A stretch of DNA of 64,000 bases from assembly GCF_963921235.1 (NCBI RefSeq), contig NC_086108.1, positions 111,044,001 to 111,108,000 on the forward strand. Reading direction: 5' to 3'. This DNA comes from Mobula hypostoma. Taxonomy: Eukaryota. Each line of letters starts with the position of its first letter. Position 1 is the stretch's first letter. Positions 26,330 through 37,562 of this stretch are shown piece after piece. The position numbers and the translations under genes were made by a program. The notes under the pieces were generated by a model. It was given only the letters and a program-made list of their open reading frames with translations. It was not told the DNA's origin and did not search any database.

Positions 26330-29300
26330 CATAGAACATAGAACAGTACAGCACAGGCCCTTCGGCCCACAATGTTGTGCCGACCCTCAAACCCTGCCTC
26401 CCATATAAGCCCCCACCTTAGATTCCTCCATATACCTGTCTAGTAGTCTCTTAAACTTCACTAGTGTATCTGCCTCCACCACTGACTCAGGCAGTGCATT
26501 CCACGCACCAACCACTCTCTGAGTAAAAAACCTTCCTCTAATATCCCCCTTGAACTTCCCACCCCTTACCTTAAAGCCATGTCCTCTTGTATTGAGCAGT
26601 GGTGCCCTGGGGAAGAGGCACTGGCTATCCACTCTATCTATTCCTCTTATTACCTTGTACACCTCTATCATGTCTCCTCTCATCCTCCTTCTCTCCAAAG
26701 AGTAAAGCCCTAGCTCCCTTAATCTCTGATCATAATGCATACTCTCTAAACCAGGCAGCATCCTGGTAAATCTCCTCTGTACCCTGTCCAATGCTTCCAC
26801 ATCCTTCCTATAGTGAGGTGACCAGAACTGGACACAATACTCCAAGTGTGGCCTAACCAGAGTTTTATAGAGCTGCATCATTACATCGCGACTCTTAAAC
26901 TCTATCCCTCGACTTATGAAAGCTAACACCCCATAAGCTTTTCTTAACTACCCTATCCACCTGTGAGGCAACTTTCAGGGATCTGTGGACATGTACCCCG
27001 AGATCCCTCTGCTCCTCTACACTACCAAGTATTCTGCCATTTACTTTGTACTCTGCCTTGGACTTTGTCCTTCCAAAGTGTACCACCTCACACTTCTCTG
27101 GGTTGAACTCCATCTGCCACTTCTCAGCCCACTTCTGCATCCTATCAATGTCTCTCTGCAATCTTTGACAATCCTCTACACTATCTACAACACCACCAAC
27201 CTTTGTGTCGTCTGCAAACTTGCCAACCCACCCTTCTACCCCCACATCCAGGTTGTTAATAAAAATCACAAAAAGTAGAGGTCCCAGAACAGATCCTCGT
27301 GGGACACCACTAGTTACAATCCTCTAATCTGAATGTACTCCCTCCACCACCACCCTCTGCCTTCTGCAGGCAAGCCAATTCTGAATCCACCTGGCCAAAC
27401 TTCCCTGAATCCCATGCCTTCTAACTTTCTGAATAAGCCTACTGTGTGGAACCTTGTCAAATGCCTTACTAAAATCCATATAGATCACATCCACTGCACT
27501 ACCCTCATCTATATGCCTGGTCACCTCCTCAAAGAACTCTATCAGGCTTGTTAGACACGATCTGTCCTTCACAAAGCCATGCTGACTGTCCCTGATCAGA
27601 CCATGATTCTCTAAATGCCTATAGATCCTATCTCTAAGAATCTTTTCCAACAGCTTTCCCACCACAGACGTAAGGCTCACTGGTCTATAATTACCCGGAC
27701 TATCCCTACTACCTTTTGTGAACAAGGGAACAACATTCACCTCCCTCCAATCCTCCGGTACCAATCCCGTGGACAACGAGGACATAAAGATCCTAGCCAG
27801 AGGCTCAGCAATCTCTTCTCTCACCTTGTGGAGCAGCCTGGGGAATATTCCGTCAGGCCCCGGGGACTTATCTGTCCTAATGTATTTTAACAACTCCAAC
27901 ACCTCCTCTCCTTTAATATCAACATGCTCCAGAACATCAACCTCACTCATATTGTCCTCACCATCATCAAGTTCCCTCTCATTGCTGAATACCGAACAGA
28001 AGTATTCATTGAGGACCTCGCTCATTTCCACAGCCTCCAGGCACATCTTCCCACCTTCATCTCTAATCGGTCCTACCTTCACTCCTGTCATCCTTTTTTT
28101 CTTCACATAATTGAAGAATGCCTTGGGGTTTTCCTTTACCCTACTCGCCAAGGCCTTCTCATGCCCCCTTCTTGCTCTTCTCAGCCCCTTCTTAAGCTCC
28201 TTTCTTGCTTCCCTATATTCCTCAATAGACCCATCTGATCCTTGCTTCCTAAACCTCATGTATGCTGCCTTCTTCCACCTGACTAGATTTTCCACCTCAC
28301 TTGTCACCCATGGTTCCTTCACCCTATCATTCTTTATCTTCTTCACCAGGACAAATTTAATCCTTTACATCCAGCAAGAGATCTCTAAACATCGACCACA
28401 TGTCCATAGTACATTTCCCTGCAAAAACATCATCCCAATTCACACCCGCAAGTTCTAGCCTTATAGCCTCATAATTTGCCTTTCCCCAATTAAAAATTTT
28501 CCTGTCCTCTTTGATTTTATCCTTTTCCATGATAATGTTAAAGGCCAGGGAGCGGTGGTCACTATCCCCCAGATGCTCACCCACTGAGAGATCTGTGACC
28601 TGACCCAGTTCATTACCTAGTACTAGATCTAGTATGGCATTCCCCTGGTCGGCCTGTCCACATACTGTGACAGGAATCCATCCTGGACACACTTAACAAA
28701 TTCTGCCCCATCTAAACCCTTGGAACTAATCAGGTGCCAATCAATATTAGGGAAGTTAAAGTCACCCATGATAACAACCCTGTTATTTTTGCACCTTTCC
28801 AAAATCTGCCTCCCAATCTGCTCCTCTGTGTCTCTGCTGCTACCAGGGGGCCTATAGAATACCTCCAGTAGAGTAACTGCTCCCTTCCTGTTCCTGACTT
28901 CCACCCATATTGACTCAAAAGAGGATCCTGCTACATTACCCCCTTTCTGTAGCTGTAATAGTATCCCTGACCAGTAATGCCACCCCTCCTCACCTTTTTC
29001 CGCCCTCTCTATCCCTTTTAAAGCACTGAAATCCAGGAATATTGAGAATCCATTCCTGCCCTGGTGCCAGCCAAGTCTCTGTCATGGCCACTACATCATA
29101 ATTCCATGTATGTATCCAAGCTCTCAGTTCATCACCTTTGTTCCTGATGCTTCTTGCATTGAGGTACACACATTTCAGCCCTTCTACCTTACTGTCTTTA
29201 CACCGTTTATTCTGCTTCTCTTTCCTCAAAGCCTCTCTGTATGTTACTCCATGCACTTCTTTCACTGCTCTATCCCTCTGGGTCCCATCCCCCTCGCAAA

Positions 29301-30515
29301 TTAGTTTAAACCCTCCTGAACCATGCTAGCAAACCTACCTGCATGGATATTGCTCCCCCTCGAGTTCAGGTGCAACCCATCCAATCTGTACAGGTCCCAC
29401 CTTCCCCAGAAGAGATCCCAATGATCCAAAAATCTAAAACCCCGCTCCCTGCACCAACTCCTCAGCCACGCATTTAACTGCCATCTCCTCCAATTCTTAC
29501 CATCACTGTCACGTAGCACTGGCAGCAATCCTGAGAACGTCACCCTTGAAGTCCTGTTCTTCAGCCTTCTGCCTAATTCCTGAAACTCACACTTCAGGAC
29601 CTCATCCCTCTTCCTGCCTATGTCGTTGGTCCCAACATGTATCACGACTTCTGGTTGCTTTCCCTCTCGTACCAGGATGTCGTGCACCCGGTCAGAGACA
29701 TCCCGGACCCTGGCACCCAGGAGGCAACAAACCATGCGGGTGTCCTTCTCACGTCCACAAAATCTCCTGTCTGCTCCCCTGACTATAGAGTCTCCAATGA
29801 CGACAGCTCTCCTCTTCTCCGTCCCACGCTTCCGCACCACCGGGTCAGACTCAGTGCCGGAGGCCCTGCCACCGTGGCTCACACCTGGTCGGTCGTCCCC
29901 GCCAACAGTATCCAGGACGATAAACTTATTATTCAGGGGAATGGCTACAGGGGTGCTCTGCACTACCTGTCTGCTCACCTTCGCTTTCCCCCCTCTGACT
30001 GTCACCCAACGACCTGCTTCCGACAGCCTAGGTGTGACTACCTCCCTGTAGCTCTCATCTATGACTACCTCATTCTCCCTTATGAGTCGAAGGTCATCCA
30101 ACTGCTGCTCCAGATTCCTCACACGGTCTTCCAGATCGCCCAGCAGCATGCACTTCTGGCAGATGTGACTCTGCGGGAGAGGGGCGTTCCCCCAAGACTG
30201 CCACATCTCACATGAGAGGCACATCACCGTCTCAGGAGACATTGTAGAAACTAACTGCGAGCTAGCTTGTCCTCCGCCTCTTCCCGTCAAAGCCTCTTGA
30301 GTCACAGCCTCAAAGCTCCACTCCTTCACTGGCCTGCTCATGCTCTGACCGCTTCGCTTGAGCTATCCCTCTATTTATCTGTTTGAGCTTTTCAAAATGT
30401 TTGGTCACCTGACCTCGACTGCCCAATCAGCTGCTTTCTGCTCACTCTGAGCTTATTCAAATCTTGATTGTCTAATTAACGGCTTACTGCTGATCTATTC
30501 AAATCTTGATTGACT
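26330..30515 (-). mobile_element. Near full-length CR1 LINE: intact ORF1, frameshifted ORF2
   Basis: 5' UTR, ORF1 29301-30341, ORF2 pieces from 29265 to 26387 (endonuclease NARS/TETW/GDFN/SDH, RT FADD), (TTCTATG)n tail. Confidence 0.95.
29301..30341 (-). CDS. CR1 ORF1p: zinc finger, coiled coil and SGNH esterase domain
   Basis: CxxC...CxxC, heptad LEDRVRNLEQQLDDL, GDS, HVGTND and DGLH motifs. Open for 346 aa. Confidence 0.9.
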   Translation of the reverse strand: MSRPVKEWSFEAVTQEALTGRGGGQASSQLVSTMSPETVMCLSCEMWQSWGNAPLPQSHICQKCMLLGDLEDRVRNLEQQLDDLRLIRENEVVIDESYREVVTPRLSEAGRWVTVRGGKAKVSRQVVQSTPVAIPLNNKFIVLDTVGGDDRPGVSHGGRASGTESDPVVRKRGTEKRRAVVIGDSIVRGADRRFCGREKDTRMVCCLLGARVRDVSDRVHDILVREGKQPEVVIHVGTNDIGRKRDEVLKCEFQELGRRLKNRTSRVTFSGLLPVLRDSDGKNWRRWQLNAWLRSWCRERGFRFLDHWDLFWGRWDLYRLDGLHLNSRGSNIHAGRFASMVQEGLN

Positions 30516-32751
30516 TGATTTGGCACAGAAGGTACCTGCTGAAGTGGCCACTGAATATATTTTTAAAAAGCGACCTTTCATTTGATATTCTCCCACAAGA
30601 GGAATCAAACTCCGCGTCCTTCAGGAATTGACCCGTTTCTACCAAATCCCCACCAGTCCTAGCTAGTGAATGTTGGCGAAACTTGTAAAGTTGCTTTGCC
30701 CTCCAGCTAAAACCCATTCTCTACACGCACCGAGAATTCTGACTCATGTAGCACGAGTCATAGTGTCATAGAACATTACAGCTGTTCAGCTCATCTAGGC
30801 CATGCTGAACTTTTATTCTGCCTAATCTCATAGACCCACAGCTGGGCCATATCTCTCCATACCCTTCCCATCCATGTACCTATTCAAATTTCTCTTAAAT
30901 GTTGAAATTGAATCCGAATCCACTACTTCCACTGGCAGTTCATTCCACACTCTTACACCCTCTGAGTGAAGAAGTTTCCCCTCAGGTTTCCCTTAAATAT
31001 TTCACCTATCGCTCTGAAACTAGTTCGAGACTCGTCCGCCCAGAGTGGAAAATGCCTGCTTGTGTTTACCCCATCTACATCCCTCAATTTTGTATACTGT
31101 ATCAAATCTCCCCTCATTCTCCTACATTCTAGGGAATAAAATCCTAACCTATTCAACCTTTCCCTATAACTCAAGTCCTCCAGGCCTGACAGCATCCTTG
31201 TAAAATTTCTCTGCGCTCTTTCAACCTTATTCATACATTTCCTGTAGGTAGGTGACTAAACCTGTGCACAATACTCCAAATTAAGCTTCATCAGTGCCTC
31301 ATCCAACTTCAACGTAACATCCCAACTCCTGTACTCAATACTTTGGTTTAGGAAGACCGGTGTGCCAAAAACTTTCTTCATGGCCCTATCCATCCATGAA
31401 ATCATTATATAACTGAATAGTTGTATTTTAAATCAACATTTTCCAAAGTAAAATTAAAAAGGAAGAAGAAAGGTTACATTAAATATCTGAAGATTAACAC
31501 AGAAAATGGCAATTCATCTTTCTGCTCCCTGCTGAACCAAGCTAGTCCTCTCTTTCCAGTCTCCAACTGTATCGCTCATCACCTTCCGCTCTTCTCTTTT
31601 ATGCGATTTAATAACAATAGTAACTTCTAAGGATATATTTTCATCAACGAAAACAGGATTCAGCACTCCATGTGAACATATGCAATTCATGATAAGAAGT
31701 GCACACCACCCTAAATTTAAATGAGAGCACAACTACAGAAGAGCATGACCCTCCCTGAAAGACAACCCCTCAATCTGAGTAGAACATGAGGGGTTTACTG
31801 TCCCCTATTGAGCACATCTCCAGGTGGCAGATCGAGGAAAGCTCTTCAGGTCCAAAACAAACAAATCCAGATTGGGCTGTGCTCTGGTCAGTGTCTATTC
31901 TCCAGGCTGCAGGTATAAAAAACAATACCCTTTTTGCTTTAGAAATGGAGATAGAGCTATGGAATAAAGTGTTCTCGCCGCTGCCTGGGGATCACCAGGG
32001 CATGCCTGGAGAGAGCACCGGACATGACAGCAAGCGAACTGCTAGTGCTGAATAGACGGGCAGGAAATCGGAAAAAGATACAGCCAACATTTAAAGTAGC
32101 ACCTCAACACCACAGGCAGTGACTGCTGCAAGTATTTTCCAGGGGAGCAGTTCACTTACAACTGAGAACACTCAAGCAGTTAAGAGAAGAAAGACACGCA
32201 TGAAATGGTCATTAGAGGAAAACATATTCATTGTGCATGTATATTACTGAGTAATGGAACTTGGAACTGACATGACAGCAAACAGGAATAAACTTCAACA
32301 GTTTATAATGCTATATCTCCATGCAAGTGAATGCACAATGAATCACAGATTAACGTAGAGTGATGGGAAAACTAACCTCATCCCTATAGACATGATAACC
32401 AAATCAAACATGAAGTTACACAAAAGTTAGAAAGAAAACAACCTAAAGATCACGACAGTACCACTCAAGGAAATAATGAAGATACCACCCACTGAAGCAT
32501 TGATGAAAATACGACTGTTTCAATTGCTTACAGCCAGACATCAACAGATCCGGAGCCTCTGCAGAATGCTGATGACAAAGCTGAGCTTACAGACAAAATT
32601 ATTTTAATGCTTAACACAACACTAACACAATATTTGGGGATTGACCCAACAAAAAGGCCCTACATATGAAAATCAAATACTTCATCAAAATTTGCAAAAG
32701 TTTGTTAATATTCCCAACAGTATATTACCACAGCATTTAGGAAAACTTGAA

Positions 32752-33631
32752 ACATAGAACATAGAATAGTACAGCACAGTACAGGCCCTTCAGCCCACAA
32801 TGTTGTGCCGACCCTCAAACCCTGTCTCTCATATAAGCCCCCACCTTAAATTCCTCCATATACCTGTCCAGTAGTCTCTTAAATTTCACTAGTGTATCTG
32901 CCTCCACTGACTCAGGCAGTGCATTCCACGCACCAACCACTGAGTAAACAATCTTCCTCTAATATCCCCCTTGAACTCCCCACCCCTTACCTTAAAGCCA
33001 TGTCCTCTTGTATTGAGCAGTGGTGCCCTGGGGAAGAGGCGCTGGCTATCCACTCTATCTAGTCCTCTTATTATCTTGTACACCTCTATCATGTCTCCTC
33101 TCATCCTCCTTCTCTCCAAAGAGTAAAGCCCTAGCTCCTTTAATCTCTGATCATAATGCATACTCTCTAAACCAGGCAACATCCTGGTAAATCTCCTCTG
33201 TACCCTGTCCAATGCTTCCACATCCTTCCTATAGTGAGGTGACCAGAACTGGACACAATACTCCAAGTGTGGCCTAACCAGAGTTTTATAGAGCTGCATC
33301 ATTACATCGCGACTCTTAAACTTTATCCCTCGACTTATGAAAGCTAACACCCCATAAGCTTTCTTAACTACTCTATCCACCTGTGAGGCAACTTTCAGGG
33401 ATCTGTGGACATGTACCCCCAGATCCCTCTGCTTCTCCACACTACCAAGTACCCTTCCATTTACTTTGTACTCTGCCTTGGGGTTTGTCCTTCCAAAGTG
33501 TACCACCTCACACTTCTCCGGGTTGAACTCCATCTGCCACTTCTCAGCCCACTTCTGCATCCTATCAATGTCTCTCTGCAATCTTTGACAATCCTCTACA
33601 CTATCTACAACACCATCAACCTTTGTGTCGT
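32752..33631 (-). mobile_element. 5'-truncated CR1 copy inserted in the R4/Dong-like element
   Basis: Near-identical to 26330-27213; ORF 32889-33677. Confidence 0.93.
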
Positions 33632-35089
33632 CTTCACCAACATTTGAAGTAGTACACACAATAACTTCGTGCAGCATTAATGGCAGTGCATGGCAATGGC
33701 CCCAAAATAGAGGAACTCATTAACAGAAACTCAAAAGTGAGTAGTGAAATGAGGACACTGAAATGGCAGAAGTAAAAAAAACAAAATTGAAACTTTAGGA
33801 GCAGAAATACCTAATGGAGTTTAAAATAGATAACCCGAGAAACTAAGTTAAGAGAAAAGCTAAGGGGATACTAGTATAAAAGCCCATACAAGATACAATC
33901 AGCCTAACAAAAGCACTGTAGAGTTTATAGATACACTAAACAGAAACTTGGTGCACACAAAGCCAGACTGAATAAAATACATTAAATGTGCCAGACAAGG
34001 AAAACAGATTTATGAGTTCTGAAACAATGAAAAAGGCTTATATGGGACATTGAAACTAAATTAAACACACCAAATCGTCACCAGCCCCAGCACAGAATTA
34101 CCAACAAACAGAGATAATGAACTTTTGGTCTAATATCTGGTCAATCAGGGCAAGATACAATCATGAAGGTGGCTGGATTAGGGAGGAAAAAAATGCACTC
34201 ACACAATTGAAGAAATGCAAATACCTGAAGTTACAATGGATATGCTGAAAGTGGTTATAAAAAAAATCCACAACTGGAAAAGTACTGGAAGTGATATTCA
34301 TAATTATTGATATAACAATGTACTTGCCTTCATCCATATTAATACATAACAACAATTTTTTAAAATCCTGAAAAAGTGCCTGAATTTTTGACAGAAGGTA
34401 AAATATATCTTTTACCCAAAGGGGACATCACAAAAGATCCGTCAAAACATCATCCTATTACCTGTTTACAAACTATGTATAAAATTGTAACATCGTGCAT
34501 CTGGCACCACTCGCTTAGATAATCACAATAGACTTACAGAAGAGCAGAAAGGATACCTCAAGGGTTTGAAAGGATGTAAAGGACAGCTGATAATAGATTC
34601 CATAATTCTAAATCACGCCCATCGGAAAAGCAGAAATCATTCATGCTGTTATATTGACTACCAAAAAGGTTTGATTTTAAAAAGAGGTTTCTTGTGGCAA
34701 TAGGGGAGCAGGAGATTAACAGAAAAAAGTTCCAAAATACATAATAAAGTCCAACAAATTCAAGATGATAAATGCATAAAATGCCAAGAGAAACAAGAAA
34801 CAATCCAACACATCACAGGATCCTTCAGCAATTTAACTCAATCTAATTACAGGCACAATCAACTGGAAAACAGCATTCACCAAAACCTCTCTTTAAAATA
34901 CAAATGCATAAGACACCATATCCTACTATAAATAAAGCCTGATCCAGTTTTAGAGTCAGAATCCTACAAATCATATTATGACTAATCCATTATTATAGAT
35001 AAGACCATCCATAATATCAGTCTGATAAAATATTACAGGATAAACAAGCAAAAAGAACTTACTTAATAGATATAGCCATTCCAAACACA

Positions 35090-35495
35090 TTGTTCGTTCG
35101 TTTGTTATGTGCCACGTTGTATGATGTGGTCGATCATGGTCTTTCCAGGAGCATGATTGTTCTTGGCAAATTTTTCTACAGAAGTGGTTTGCCATTGCCT
35201 TCTTCTGGGTAGTGTCTTTACAAGACGGGTGACCCCAGCCATTACCAATGTTCTTCAGAGTTTGTCTGCCTGGCGTCAGTGGTCGCATAACCAGGACTTG
35301 CACCGGCTGCTCATACGACCATCCACCACCTGCTCCATTGGCTTCATGTGACCCTGATTCCTGGGGGGGGGGAAGAGAGGGGTTGCATAGCTAAGCAGGT
35401 ACTACACCTTGCCCAAGGGTAACCTGCAGGCTTGCGGAGGGAATGAGTGACTTACACCTCCTTTGGTAGAGGCATATCTTTACCCTGCCACACAG
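35090..35495 (-). mobile_element. RTE-related SINE-like element (opposite-strand copy at about 38330-38630)
   Basis: Both copies share GAAGAAGGCAATGGCAAACC...TGTAGAAAAATTT. This copy splits the endonuclease region of the host element. Confidence 0.65.
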
Positions 35496-35824
35496 AAACG
35501 CACACAACTTACAGATATAAGTGAAAAAAAAACAGAAATATGTTGAAATAAAGGAAGAAATTGAAAGACTTTGGAACATGAACAGGGTATACATTGTCTC
35601 AGTAGTAATATCTGCAACTGGTATCATCCAAAGCTACTACACAACTGCATTCAACAATTAGGAATACACAGCAATACTTGTGTAAATCTCTAGAAAGCCA
35701 CAATACTAAACACCTCTAGAATAGTCCGAAAGTTCCTAACAATTGAGAAATGAGTGTGTTTGGTTGTGCCTGTACCTCAGGTTTTACCAACTTGTGATGA
35801 GAAAAAAATACAATAATAACAACT

Positions 35825-36330
35825 TTATTTATTGAGCACTTTTCATACAGATGATGTAGTTCAAATTGCTTTACAATGGGATAAACTGTAAATGTCAAAA
35901 TAAAATAATAATCAAAAAAATATGAAAATAAAAGATGAATAAAAGTTAGTTAAAAACAAGGTTACATAAATAGGTTTTGAGCTGGTGTTTAAAAGTGTCA
36001 ACTGAGTCTTCATCCCTTATAGTTTTAGGTATTGAATTCCATAGTTTAGGAGCGTAGTTCAAAAAAGCTGACCTGCCGATTATCTTTTAGGGGCGATTGT
36101 TTAAATTTAAGAGACCAGCAGAAGAACTGAGAGTTTGAGCAGGATTATAAAACAAAAACGATTCTGTGATGTACTCTGGTCCTAGACCATTGAGATCTTT
36201 AAAAACAAGTAAGGGAACTTTAAAATCAATTCTAAAAGATACAGGAATCTAATGGGAGTGATAAGTTCCCTCATTCTGGTTTTAGTAAAAAGCCTAACAG
36301 CAGCATTCTGAATGAGCTGAAGTTTATCCT
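35825..36330 (-). mobile_element. L2-clade LINE 3' fragment
   Basis: KLQLIQNAAVRLFTKTRMRELITP motif (ORF 36182-36394) and an L2-like 3' end with AATAAA. Confidence 0.7.
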
Positions 36331-37325
36331 TAACCCTGTCACTGTGCCTGACGTAAGCCACTCCCAGTGGGAGCCAGACCCAAATTATCACCACTCCCTG
36401 TGTAAGGAATATTTTTCAGAACTCTCAGCTCCCAGTTGGATGTATTGACAACTAGCATGATATTTCATAGCTTGGGCCAGACCTCTCATACAGTGAAGAT
36501 GTATTCCCTTTACATTGTGTGTCTGCACTTCCTCTGTAGATGCAACACTATATTGTGTAGCCTCAATGCATCAGGAAATCTCCAGGTTTGACCCAAATGC
36601 AGAGCACTGGACATGACTTAGCAGTAAATGATAACTTTACCAATGGGCTACAACACAAGTGAGCACAGAAACCAAACACAACAAGTTAAACTTTAGGCTG
36701 GGGAGAGTGAAAGCAGGAGCCACTGGTTCAATGAGTGAACAAGGGCTGGGACTGAGAACTGGAGTTAAATATGCTGCAGGTGAAGAGTGTGGAATGAGCA
36801 TCAGGTGAATCCTGTTAGACTGGGAGGTGCCTTCATGTGCAGGCTGGGAGCTGTCAGTGGGAGCAGGCCCGACGCAACATACTTATGCAACTATCTGTCA
36901 GGGTTGCACAAAAACAAAAGCTTTTCTCTGTATCACGGCACTTGGAACAGTAATAGAACATACTATAGAACACACAGTACAGGTCCTTCGGTGCTGACCT
37001 TTTAACCTACTCCAAGATCAATCAAACCCTTCCCTCCTACGTAACCCTCCATTTTTTTTTATCATCCATGTGCCTATCTAAGAGTCTCTTAAATGTCCCT
37101 AATGCATCTGCCTTTACCCACCACCTCTGGCAGGATGTTCCACACACCCACCACTCTGTAAAAAAAAAACTTGCCCCTGACATCCCCTCTATATTTTCCT
37201 CTAATCACTTGAATTTATGCCTGCTTTGTATTAGCCACTTCCACCTCAGGAAAGAGTCTCTGACTGTCCACTCGATCTATGCCTCTTATCCCCTTGTACA
37301 CCTCTAACATGTCGCTTCTCATCTT

Positions 37326-37562
37326 TGTAACTTCAAAACATTAAGCTAATTGCAATAAAAGTCGAGGGTCTGAAACATGAGTCTAACTTTGTGTTTACTT
37401 TAAGTGAGGCTCTACGTATCACATGGTAGCATGATGATATGAGAAATTCACATATATATTATCTACACAGAACTCGTAACAAATTATTTAAACAAGAATG
37501 CTTAATCAAGCAATATATAGACAGGATTGCTCAAATATTACTGAAATACTAAACACACAAAA
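37326..37562. mobile_element. Short putative solo LTR inside a CR1 fragment
   Basis: Starts TGT, degenerate 3' end, flanked by ATCTT/ATCCT (5-bp TSD, one mismatch). The CR1 resumes after it. Confidence 0.45.

Larger units (their letters stand above)
25864..30557 (+). mobile_element. Tc1/mariner-type non-autonomous element split by a CR1 insertion
   Basis: Left TIR TA|CACTCAGTGGCCACTTTATTAGGTAC, decayed transposase N-terminus (DLSDFDLGTIVG, SHTTISRV), degenerate right TIR GTACCTGCTGAAGTGGCCACTGAATA|TA. Confidence 0.75.
31770..35822 (+). mobile_element. Decayed R4/Dong-like non-LTR retrotransposon (restriction-like endonuclease type) with internal RT deletion
   Basis: Hand-translated fragments: RMKWSLEENIFIVHVYY, YLLPKG...HPITCLQTMYKIVTS, EEQKG, QLIIDSII, YIDYQK, DKCIKC...ETIQHITG, RHNQ, LIDIAIPN, KY, VVISATG, RIVRKFL. 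Ends GAGAAAAAAA followed by a TAA-like tail. Confidence 0.8.
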
